Assembly (NCBI GenBank): GCA_045616685.1
Contig: JAZLHF010000002.1
Span: 1-24,000, forward strand
DNA length: 24,000 nucleotides
Origin: Anaerovoracaceae bacterium
GTDB taxonomy: Bacteria > Bacillota > Clostridia > Peptostreptococcales > Anaerovoracaceae
Direction: 5' to 3'
Part shown: positions 7,788-15,019 of the stretch, piece after piece
How positions within the stretch are numbered: the stretch's first letter is position 1
How the letters are laid out: each line of letters opens with the position of its first letter
The notes under the pieces: model-generated
What the model saw: only the letters and a program-made list of their open reading frames with translations
Told to the model about the DNA's origin: nothing
The model's database searches: none
Made by a program: the position numbers and the translations under genes

Positions 7788-9185
7788 ATGACTTCTGGAT
7801 ATAAAGAAAAAACGTTATTCAAATACTTGCTGTACTTATATATGGTGCTTTGCCAAAGGGGATTTAAGCCACCTTTTATTAATGTTGGGTTGGGCGATAC
7901 TAACTTGGAAAAGCAACTGTCAGTAAGTAGAAAAACACTAATTCAAGTTCTAACTCAATTAGGGATAATAGTTCGCAGTACAAAATCCTATGCCTATCAT
8001 AAGATTAATATTTCATATAAATATTTTATTAACATAGATATGTATTTAGAATGTTTTAATGAAATTGTTGCAACAAAAGATATTATTGGATTTTTAAAAG
8101 ATTTTCCTGCTGATGTTCCAAATACTAATATTCAATCATTAGTATTACTAAGCAAGAAGATATGCAAAACAAACTGGACAATACTAAATAAAGATCAGAA
8201 GATATTGCTGACAACAAAGGTAAACAACTTATTAAATAATACTATTATTTGCTTTTTCCTTGGAGATTCAAAATATGCAAATATATCAGACGTAACAATG
8301 CTTACTGCAGCTTTTGATGACAATCAGCCACAGTTTAAAATTAAAAAAACAACACTGGATTGTATTAAAAATAATACCAATAACAGTCTTAAGCCTTTTG
8401 TTGTTCATACAAAATATAACTGGACAGAAGATCAAGAAGCTTATTATATAAACTACTACAAAAAAATGTTGTCAGAAACTACAATAATGCAGAATCTGAC
8501 GCAGTCAGTCCAAGAAGTAAGAAGCCACGGAATTGCTGTAAATTGCAATATTCATGTCAGCCTTTCTAAGCTTAAAGCCGGGTATAAATTTAAAGTATCA
8601 TGTCGCCAGTATAACCCATACTGTTCTCTGGAAAAAGAAATTCGGACACGAAGCTTTACACAAGAAGGAATTACTGGAAATTATGATTTACACAGCGCAA
8701 TTTTTGCTGTAACAAGATTAATGAATACTGGGGCATTTGAACCTGATTGGGATATTAAATCTGAAGTGTTAAAGCTAAATCCTGAAACTATTGATGGTAT
8801 ATGTTTAACTAAAGATGACTTAAAGCCCTTACTTATGAGGATGTTTTTTAAAAAAACTGATGCTGATGCTTATAACCATTATAGATATGCCTTATTACAG
8901 GATAGTGAGTCAGGTTTACCTAATATAAGCAAAGAAACTTTTTATAATATACTTGATAAATGTGAGAAACTGACTGGTGGGGTAAAAGAATATTATCATA
9001 ATATTTTTGAATTAGAGTCAATTATAGAACTTAGAAGTGTAAAACGTATTGCTAAGCAAAATAACACAGTAAGAAATATCTATGACTGTTTCTACTTTAA
9101 ACCAGAAGAAATAACTCAAGAAGAAGTTAAAAAAATAGTAAAGGAAGAAGCAGCAAAACTATATGCTATAATGAAAATGGCATAA
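7788..9185 (+). CDS. Hypothetical protein, possible wHTH DNA-binding/replication-initiator-like protein
   Basis: 465-aa ORF. The N-terminal segment (LEKQLSVSRKTLIQVLTQLGIIV) looks like an HTH. It is followed by an AT-rich palindromic region. I recognised no catalytic motif, so the Rep-like role is inferred from context only. Confidence 0.6.
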   Translation: MTSGYKEKTLFKYLLYLYMVLCQRGFKPPFINVGLGDTNLEKQLSVSRKTLIQVLTQLGIIVRSTKSYAYHKINISYKYFINIDMYLECFNEIVATKDIIGFLKDFPADVPNTNIQSLVLLSKKICKTNWTILNKDQKILLTTKVNNLLNNTIICFFLGDSKYANISDVTMLTAAFDDNQPQFKIKKTTLDCIKNNTNNSLKPFVVHTKYNWTEDQEAYYINYYKKMLSETTIMQNLTQSVQEVRSHGIAVNCNIHVSLSKLKAGYKFKVSCRQYNPYCSLEKEIRTRSFTQEGITGNYDLHSAIFAVTRLMNTGAFEPDWDIKSEVLKLNPETIDGICLTKDDLKPLLMRMFFKKTDADAYNHYRYALLQDSESGLPNISKETFYNILDKCEKLTGGVKEYYHNIFELESIIELRSVKRIAKQNNTVRNIYDCFYFKPEEITQEEVKKIVKEEAAKLYAIMKMA

Positions 9186-9272
9186 ATTGGTAGAAAAATT
9201 CAGAAATGCCCACATTTGTGGCAAATATATATATATTTATTATATTTAAAAAAAAATATATAAATAATAATC

Positions 9273-9318
9273 AAAAAAATTTTGCAAAATTTTTTTACCC
9301 CCTTTTTTGCAAAATTTT
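9273..9318. repeat. Two copies of the palindrome TTTTGCAAAA (first embedded in a perfect 24-nt palindrome), 25 bp centre to centre
   Basis: 9273-9296 AAAAAAATTTTGCAAAATTTTTTT is a perfect palindrome. A second TTTTGCAAAATTTT lies at 9305-9318. An (AT)6 run lies at 9225-9236 just upstream. Confidence 0.6.
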
Positions 9319-9321
9319 ATT

Positions 9322-9362
9322 AAAAAAACACAGAGAATTTTTATAAAACTCTGTGCTTTTTA
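9322..9362. terminator. Bidirectional terminator between convergent genes
   Basis: A7 tract, CACAGAG (9329-9335), loop, CTCTGTG (9349-9355), then CTTTTT. It sits between the + gene ending at 9185 and the - gene ending at 9372. Confidence 0.55.
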
Positions 9363-9371
9363 TTTATATAA

Positions 9372-10469
9372 TTATTCTTCTTCACTATTAATATTCCAAA
9401 GATCAATTTGCCTTAATCCATCATCCACAATTTCTTTTTTTATCTTTGGCTTTTTAATTTTAAACCCATTCTTTTCATATTGCAGATATGAATAAACTTC
9501 ATCCATTTCTTCTTTACTAACGCAGCCCCTTTTCCACTCATCTAATCTGTATTGAACTTCTTTATCATTGATATAATCATTGTACTTTTCAATTTCACAT
9601 ATTTTTTCACATAATTTCACTGGCACAAAAAAGTATTCTTCCCTGCCAATTTTTACTGCATTCAATTTATACCATACAGATCTGGCATACCTATATACCC
9701 CTTTATTCTTCCCCATAATTACCACAATGTCATTATCACCAGTTCCTAATTGATACTTTTTTCTAACCTTATAAAAAGGTCCTTCCAGTCCTGCATTATC
9801 AAAAATAACCGGGGTATAAACTATGTCAACATAATCTGGAACACAATTTGATCTTTCATACCTGTATTTAGGCATCTCTATAAGATTTATATTATCCCTA
9901 TTTACATCTGTTATTGAGTAGCTATCATTTGTATCTATAAACTCTTTCTGTCCCTCTGATAAAAAAGCCCAACCATAATTAAAAGATTGAATTTGATTAT
10001 TAATCTGTTTAATTATTTTTTCTACAATGCTTTCAACAATTTCATCATCAGCTTCAAGTCCAGTAATCTCTTTATATTTCTCTACTGTAAGATCAGTTAA
10101 CTTGCAAACTCTCATTTTAGCAGGAATTGGAATAGATAACATAACCGTCACATATTCCTGATAGCTATATTTTGTGCTAAATGCATTGTCAAATCTCATT
10201 CCCCCTGATTCCATTTCTCCACCAATATATCTGTAAACTCCATTATAAATTCCTGCACAAGTGACAACAATAAAATTGTATTTAACAGAGCTCTGATATT
10301 TCAAATCTACAACGGCATGCAGGGCTACTTCCCCATTTTTAATTTTAATAACTGGTGTATATACAAAACTCCAATTAGTTGGTAAGTTTCTTACTCTTTT
10401 TGGCTGATATCCAGATACAAGTAATTTTACAGATTCAAAACCAGTATTTTTATATATTTTTGAAAGCAT
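9372..10469 (-). CDS. Hypothetical protein with internal tandem duplication (third gene of AAA-protease operon)
   Basis: ATG at 10469 with AAGGAG 7 nt upstream (the track starts at the TTG at 10475). Two ~45-aa blocks are repeated: VYTPVI...KYQ...IVV...GVYRY at aa 38-83 and 219-263. No family was recognised. Confidence 0.7.
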   Translation of the reverse strand: MLSKIYKNTGFESVKLLVSGYQPKRVRNLPTNWSFVYTPVIKIKNGEVALHAVVDLKYQSSVKYNFIVVTCAGIYNGVYRYIGGEMESGGMRFDNAFSTKYSYQEYVTVMLSIPIPAKMRVCKLTDLTVEKYKEITGLEADDEIVESIVEKIIKQINNQIQSFNYGWAFLSEGQKEFIDTNDSYSITDVNRDNINLIEMPKYRYERSNCVPDYVDIVYTPVIFDNAGLEGPFYKVRKKYQLGTGDNDIVVIMGKNKGVYRYARSVWYKLNAVKIGREEYFFVPVKLCEKICEIEKYNDYINDKEVQYRLDEWKRGCVSKEEMDEVYSYLQYEKNGFKIKKPKIKKEIVDDGLRQIDLWNINSEEE

Positions 10470-10524
10470 AAGCAAACTCCTTTTTTAATAATATAATTAT
10501 ATAAAAAAAGCTGCCAAGCTTCAA

Positions 10525-11835
10525 TTAATTTGGTCCCCTTAAAATGCAAGCTAAATCGGGCTGCAAAACAACCTTCTTTTTAAACAGCTCATCAGCAAGC
10601 CGATCCAATTTATCTCTGTTAGAAATTAACATTAACTTTGCTTGTTGGTAGAAACGTTCCATCTCACTTGCAACCATTGTTTCTTTTCTGTTAAGAAGTG
10701 CCTCTGATGATGCAGAACAAATTCCTTCCCAGTAGTTAAATCCCATGGCTGCATAATCATCAACAAATCTGGTTACAATAGCATAAGCCCTATGCAGATC
10801 ATTATTACAGCCTACATCTGGAACACCAAATACAATTTCAATTGCAGCTTTTCCGGCAAGTAATGTCACAACCCTGTTTTCCATTGATTTTTTATTATAA
10901 AAATAATATGGCTCTTGAGTATGGTTTGTCATGCCAGCTGGGACTTCAGGGTGTGGATTACAAACAGTAACTATATTAATTAACCCCGGTGTTAACAACT
11001 CACTAACAAGTGCATGTGCTGCCTCATGATAGCAAACATGTATTAAGTACGGATTATCATTTTCATTAAAAACTTCTGGATCACTATAAAGATACCTTAA
11101 ACAAGCTTTAATCATATCATCCATATCAATTGCTTCTTTGTCTTCAAAACCAGCAAATATACCGGCTTGATTAACCACTTCCTGAAGCTGAGCACATGAA
11201 CTGCCTTGCAAGATTCTTGCAATAAGCGGTGCATCAACATTTGAAACATATGGCAGCTTTGATAAATAATGTCCAACTATTGCTTCAACATCATTGCTTC
11301 TTGGTTTAGATATATAAAGCTGCTGTCCAAATCTACCAGCCCTAAGCAATGAGTCCGGCAAACATTCTAAAGAATTTGCTGTAGCAAGCACAAAGATATC
11401 TCTATCACCAATTTCATCTATGCATGTTTGAACAGTAATATATTCTTCAGCATTTGGATGCCTTCTGTCTGTATTAGCATATCTATCAAGATCATCAAGC
11501 AGAATTATACACTTGCCATTTTCTTTATAATAAGCCTTAGCTTCTTCAAATACTTGCTTTATATAATTTACAAACTCACCATCAGGCTTATCTTTTCTGC
11601 AAACAAAAACTTTCCTACCAAGTTCTTTTGCAATACTCTGTGCAATAACTGTTTTACCAACCCCTGGATCACCATGAAGCAAAAATGCCTTTGGTGCCTT
11701 AACCCCTAAAGCCTGATACTTTTCAGGATTATTCAACATATCACAGATATAATCAATTTCATTCTTTTCTTCTTCATACCCAATAATTTCATCAAAGTAT
11801 TTCAGCATAAAAGCCCCCATCATTCTTAAATCCAA
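10525..11835 (-). CDS. Soluble FtsH-like protein: AAA+ ATPase fused to M41-type zinc metalloprotease, no N-terminal transmembrane segments
   Basis: Walker A HGDPGVGKTV, Walker B IILLDDLD, second region of homology ATANSLECLPDSLLRAGRFGQQLYISKP, and HEXXH zinc site HEAAHAL. The FtsH-like lead-in YFDEIIGYEEEKNEI is present. The start is uncertain: TTG at 11835, or ATG at 11823, 11820 or 11808. Confidence 0.8.
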   Translation of the reverse strand: MDLRMMGAFMLKYFDEIIGYEEEKNEIDYICDMLNNPEKYQALGVKAPKAFLLHGDPGVGKTVIAQSIAKELGRKVFVCRKDKPDGEFVNYIKQVFEEAKAYYKENGKCIILLDDLDRYANTDRRHPNAEEYITVQTCIDEIGDRDIFVLATANSLECLPDSLLRAGRFGQQLYISKPRSNDVEAIVGHYLSKLPYVSNVDAPLIARILQGSSCAQLQEVVNQAGIFAGFEDKEAIDMDDMIKACLRYLYSDPEVFNENDNPYLIHVCYHEAAHALVSELLTPGLINIVTVCNPHPEVPAGMTNHTQEPYYFYNKKSMENRVVTLLAGKAAIEIVFGVPDVGCNNDLHRAYAIVTRFVDDYAAMGFNYWEGICSASSEALLNRKETMVASEMERFYQQAKLMLISNRDKLDRLADELFKKKVVLQPDLACILRGPN

Positions 11836-11837
11836 AA

Positions 11838-12116
11838 CTACTTGCCACTTTTGATATAGTCACGTTCTTTTATAAAAGCCTTCCCATTTTTGAACTCGTA
11901 GTAAGTTCTTAAAGCATTTTTTAAATCATTGTCTGCTCTGACATTTCCGGTATCAATCTGCTGCAGTGCACTAAACATCTGACTATCATCAGCAACAATT
12001 TCATCAGGATCTTTAACAAGCAATTTTTCAACTTTTACTAATCGGCACAATCTGCTGTTGGATGAGTTACTTGTGTATTTCTCATTCAAGTAATTCAAAA
12101 ATTCTGTTTTATCCAT
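11838..12116 (-). CDS. Small hypothetical protein (92 aa), first gene of AAA-protease operon
   Basis: ATG at 12116 with AAGGAG 6 nt upstream. Its stop lies 2 nt from the longest start of the AAA-protease ORF. No family was recognised. Confidence 0.55.
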   Translation of the reverse strand: MDKTEFLNYLNEKYTSNSSNSRLCRLVKVEKLLVKDPDEIVADDSQMFSALQQIDTGNVRADNDLKNALRTYYEFKNGKAFIKERDYIKSGK

Positions 12117-12146
12117 TTGGGGCTCCTTTCTTCTTAGCGTGCACAT

Positions 12147-12175
12147 ATTATGCCGTGTTTCAGGCAGTTTGCGAA
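12147..12175 (-). promoter_or_regulatory. Candidate promoter of the 92aa/AAA-protease/365aa operon
   Basis: Minus strand has TTCGCA (rc of 12170-12175), a 17-nt spacer, then CATAAT (rc of 12147-12152). It lies just downstream of the terminator hairpin at 12197-12222. Confidence 0.4.
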
Positions 12176-12196
12176 TGCCCTTTTTTCAAGCACGCA

Positions 12197-12222
12197 AAAA
12201 GGACTCATCTGGGAGTCCTTTT
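12197..12222 (-). terminator. Hairpin terminator downstream of the methyltransferase gene
   Basis: AAAAGGACTC / 6-nt loop / GAGTCCTTTT forms a perfect 10-bp inverted repeat. T-runs flank it on both strands. Confidence 0.5.
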
Positions 12223-12415
12223 ACTGTCCGTTAAGATATTTCTATTAAAATATCAGTTTTGTGCGACCACGGAGACAAAACAAGCCTTAATTCTTGTTAT
12301 AAACTAATTATTATAAATAGATGCTTAAAATTACAAATTCTTAAACTCATCAACACAAGCTTTGCAAAGATTTTCTCTAGAAAAACCTATTTCTTAGTTC
12401 TTTTTACAACAAAAT

Positions 12416-13402
12416 CTATTTATTTAAATTAATTGCTTTTATTATTTCTTGTGCAATTCTATTAATTACAGATACACACACACTGTTACCGGCTTGCTTA
12501 TAGAGTTTTGCATCACTTAAATCGTCCGGTAGTTTATATTTCTTTGGAAAACCCTGTGTATTAAAACATTCTTTTGGTGTCATTTTTCTAATACCATAAT
12601 CAGTTTTTATCAGGCAAACATTATGCCCACCTTCCCCCTGATTTGCTGTTAAAGTTGGCACCACACCGGATTTGTTTTTTCTAACATATTGGCGCCTCCA
12701 TTGGTAAACAGCACGATCATCATCCATAGCTTCTACCAATTTGTCATAAATATCACCCTTATATTTTCCTTGTGTATAATAATACTTGTCATCAATTTTA
12801 CTATGAAAATCTATAATATCCTCTAAAGATTTTGTGAGTTTTACAGGCTTAGGGAAATTAAAGCTCTTATTTGTCTCTTCATCAAGAAATCCAACTATAT
12901 AAATACGTTCTCTGTTTTGCGGAATATTACCATATTCCATAGCATTTAAAACCATATACTTTGGATTGTGATAGCCACGTTTTTCAAGTTCATCAATGAT
13001 TACTCTGAATGTATTCCCATTATCATGTCCCACCAGATTTTTCACATTTTCTAAAAATACTATCTGTGGCTTTTTATTCCCCTTTTCATCAATAATGCGC
13101 ATTAACTCAAAGAATAAAGTCCCCCGACCTTTTTCATCATCAAATCCTTTTCTATATCCTGCAACACTAAAAGCCTGACATGGAAACCCAGCAAGCATCA
13201 CATCAAAATCTGGAATCTCACTTGCTTTGACTTTATGTATATCTCTCACATCAACTTTTATATTAAAATTTTGTTCATATGTTTTTGCCGGAAATGCATC
13301 AAATTCATTAGCATAGACTGTTTGGAAAGCTTTGGTCATTTCAAACCCAAGATCAATTCCTCCAACTCCTGCAAAGAAAGATGCACATTTTAAATTATCC
13401 AT
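12416..13402 (-). CDS. DNA (cytosine-5)-methyltransferase
   Basis: Motif I FFAGVGGIDLGF, motif IV GFPCQAFSVAG, motif VI ENVKNL, motif VIII QNRERIY, TRD-proximal TLTANQGEGGHN and motif X YKQAGNSV. ATG at 13402 with GGAGG (rc of 13406-13410). The longer track start at 13477 runs through the promoter. Confidence 0.92.
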   Translation of the reverse strand: MDNLKCASFFAGVGGIDLGFEMTKAFQTVYANEFDAFPAKTYEQNFNIKVDVRDIHKVKASEIPDFDVMLAGFPCQAFSVAGYRKGFDDEKGRGTLFFELMRIIDEKGNKKPQIVFLENVKNLVGHDNGNTFRVIIDELEKRGYHNPKYMVLNAMEYGNIPQNRERIYIVGFLDEETNKSFNFPKPVKLTKSLEDIIDFHSKIDDKYYYTQGKYKGDIYDKLVEAMDDDRAVYQWRRQYVRKNKSGVVPTLTANQGEGGHNVCLIKTDYGIRKMTPKECFNTQGFPKKYKLPDDLSDAKLYKQAGNSVCVSVINRIAQEIIKAINLNK

Positions 13403-13435
13403 GATACCTCCTATATGTATATCACCATTTAGTAT

Positions 13436-13465
13436 ATTATATCGTAAAATCGCGGCGCGCTGCAA
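13436..13465 (-). promoter_or_regulatory. Candidate methyltransferase promoter with GC-rich spacer
   Basis: Minus strand has TTGCAG (rc of 13460-13465), the 18-nt spacer CGCGCCGCGATTTTACGA, then TATAAT (rc of 13436-13441). Confidence 0.45.
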
Positions 13466-13475
13466 TTCATTTCCC

Positions 13476-13506
13476 AAAATTAAACACGCGCTTTTTTATG
13501 CGCGTG
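13476..13506 (-). terminator. Hairpin terminator after the nuclease gene
   Basis: Minus strand has CACGCGC, loop ATAAAAAA, GCGCGTG, followed by TTTAATTTT. It starts 8 nt after the stop at 13514. Confidence 0.5.
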
Positions 13507-13513
13507 CTTAGTT

Positions 13514-14524
13514 CTACTGTTCTTCCAGAGCTTCACCTACTTCAGAAATAATGTTCCAGTTTTCTTTATATTCTGACAACTCAGTTAGTGGAACACTTTC
13601 TCTTCCGGCATCAACCCATTCATCAATCTTAGTTGTGGGTATAAGATAACAGATACCAAAACGCTTATCCACGGCTGCATAAATATCACAATCTTTAGAG
13701 GAAATAAACTTTCCACGATTTCTTGCTGCCGTTGGATCAATTCCAGCACCCCCACGGTCTCTATCTTTTAGTGCAATTGATGGCTGTGTCGTACTTGAAA
13801 TATCAGATAATATGCCTTTAATCTGAACTCTTAATAACCGGCCATTATAATCAATAAATGCATCATATCTACAAGACCTTACATCTACATTTGCACACAT
13901 AAATCCGGCAAGTATTGCTCTTGCAAGAAAAATGAACTGCGCAGCATCTCCCTCATTGGCAACCATGACACCAGTATTAATACTTGTCATATTCCTGACA
14001 AAGCCATTTGTTAAACCCAAAAACAATGAATCATCCAATAAGTGTCCAAGGCTTTTCTTAATATACGTTAATTCAGTATCATTTATGTCATCATCAGAAT
14101 ATTCATGGAAAGATAAGACATCATTAAAAACTAAATCTTTAAATCCAGTATTTGTAAAATATGTTTTCTTAACAGAATTAAGAATCATATCTTCATAATA
14201 ATTTCTAACATCCTTCCAGGCAAAAACTTTACTATTTGCATAGCTTTTAATTTCTCTTTCAATAGCAGCTTTTGAATTTCCTTCAATATCCCGCATATCA
14301 GCAGATAATTCATTAGGATTATTCTGTGCATACTCTTTAAATTTTTTGCTCAGATACGGTGTAATGTCTGTCTGCGTATATTGCGGATCGGCTTCCCTAA
14401 ATTCATTAGGGAATGCATTTATTAAATTTTTCGCTGTAAATCTTGTTGGATGATCATTAAATTCAACAATATTATCTGCAACAAATTGTTCTAAATCATC
14501 TTTATGTGTAATTACTATAGCCAT
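13514..14524 (-). CDS. PD-(D/E)XK nuclease-domain protein, probable type II restriction endonuclease partner of the C5-methyltransferase
   Basis: The C-terminal half carries a PD-(D/E)XK-like core, AAQFIFLARAILAGF...YDAFIDYNGRLLRVQIKG, then DIYAAVDKRFGICYLIP. It lies immediately upstream of the MTase on the same strand. ATG at 14524 (the track uses the TTG at 14542). Confidence 0.55.
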   Translation of the reverse strand: MAIVITHKDDLEQFVADNIVEFNDHPTRFTAKNLINAFPNEFREADPQYTQTDITPYLSKKFKEYAQNNPNELSADMRDIEGNSKAAIEREIKSYANSKVFAWKDVRNYYEDMILNSVKKTYFTNTGFKDLVFNDVLSFHEYSDDDINDTELTYIKKSLGHLLDDSLFLGLTNGFVRNMTSINTGVMVANEGDAAQFIFLARAILAGFMCANVDVRSCRYDAFIDYNGRLLRVQIKGILSDISSTTQPSIALKDRDRGGAGIDPTAARNRGKFISSKDCDIYAAVDKRFGICYLIPTTKIDEWVDAGRESVPLTELSEYKENWNIISEVGEALEEQ

Positions 14525-14582
14525 CTTTTCCACCACTGACAAACAAAAAATTGATTTGCCAATAGTATAACAGACGTGTAAC

Positions 14583-14783
14583 TTAATTTCCAGATGCTCT
14601 ATCTTTCATATTATTTACTTTAATAATTAACTGCCCATGTTTATATTGCACATCAATTGGAGTCCCTGGTATAAATCCAATGTTTTCAAGCCATCTTCCC
14701 TTCAATCTAATCATTGCAACAGGCTTGCAATGATAATCACTTGAAGTATATACCCGCATCTTATGTATACTATTATTTTCCAT
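14583..14783 (-). CDS. symE: SymE-family (AbrB-fold) type I toxin-like protein
   Basis: KPVAMIRLKGRWLENIGFIPGTPIDVQYKHGQLII matches the SymE signature (E. coli SymE: [33 protein letters not shown]). ATG at 14783 with AGAGG upstream. The track start at 14813 is the alternative. Confidence 0.75.
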   Translation of the reverse strand: MENNSIHKMRVYTSSDYHCKPVAMIRLKGRWLENIGFIPGTPIDVQYKHGQLIIKVNNMKDRASGN

Positions 14784-14828
14784 GTTCAACCTCTGTAATA
14801 ATTGAAATTTCAACTATTACTACTATTT

Positions 14829-14861
14829 TTATCATTTGAAACAGTCTATTACTATAAACTG
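14829..14861. repeat. Island junction (attR-type hybrid site): island-side arm plus shared core ATTACTATAAACTG
   Basis: See the 1313-1339 feature. The site is locally palindromic: CAGTCTAT-TACT-ATAAACTG. Confidence 0.65.
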
Positions 14862-14863
14862 CT

Positions 14864-15016
14864 TCATAGCTTGTTATACCTCATATCCCTCAATTCTACT
14901 TCTTTTTGCCATAAGTCCTGCATTGAATGTAGTACGCTGTCATCTTTAAAGATCAGGGTGTTAACAATACAAATTCCAAGTACTACGGATGCAACCAGAA
15001 CTATCAGCTGTTTCAT
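14864..15016 (-). CDS. Small hydrophobic protein (50 aa), paralog of 15020-15190; possible non-canonical Flp-like pilin
   Basis: Not in the ORF track (under 60 aa). ATG at 15016 with GGGGA upstream. Translation: MKQLIVLVASVVLGICIVNTLIFKDDSVLHSMQDLWQKEVELRDMRYNKL. Its TGA overlaps an ATG at 14865-14867 (ATGA) that opens the truncated MKQFIVIDCFK peptide. Confidence 0.45.
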   Translation of the reverse strand: MKQLIVLVASVVLGICIVNTLIFKDDSVLHSMQDLWQKEVELRDMRYNKL

Positions 15017-15019
15017 TTT

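Larger units (their letters stand above)
1320..14855. mobile_element. ~13.5 kb integrative island (large-serine-recombinase type) inserted in the 5' end of a tad-operon gene; carries RT, R-M, SymE and AAA-protease modules
   Basis: Junction repeats (see the 1313-1339 and 14829-14861 features). The host operon is split, with ATGA-coupled halves on either side. A large serine recombinase and a resolvase lie inside. The cargo is typical of accessory/defence islands. Boundaries are approximate to within the 14-nt shared core. Confidence 0.65.

Noticed and set aside
12265-12290. Second hairpin (GTTTTGT ... ACAAAAC) downstream of the methyltransferase gene.
   Set aside because: It has a 7-bp AT-rich stem with a 12-nt loop and no adjacent T-tract. 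The stronger hairpin at 12197-12222 explains termination.
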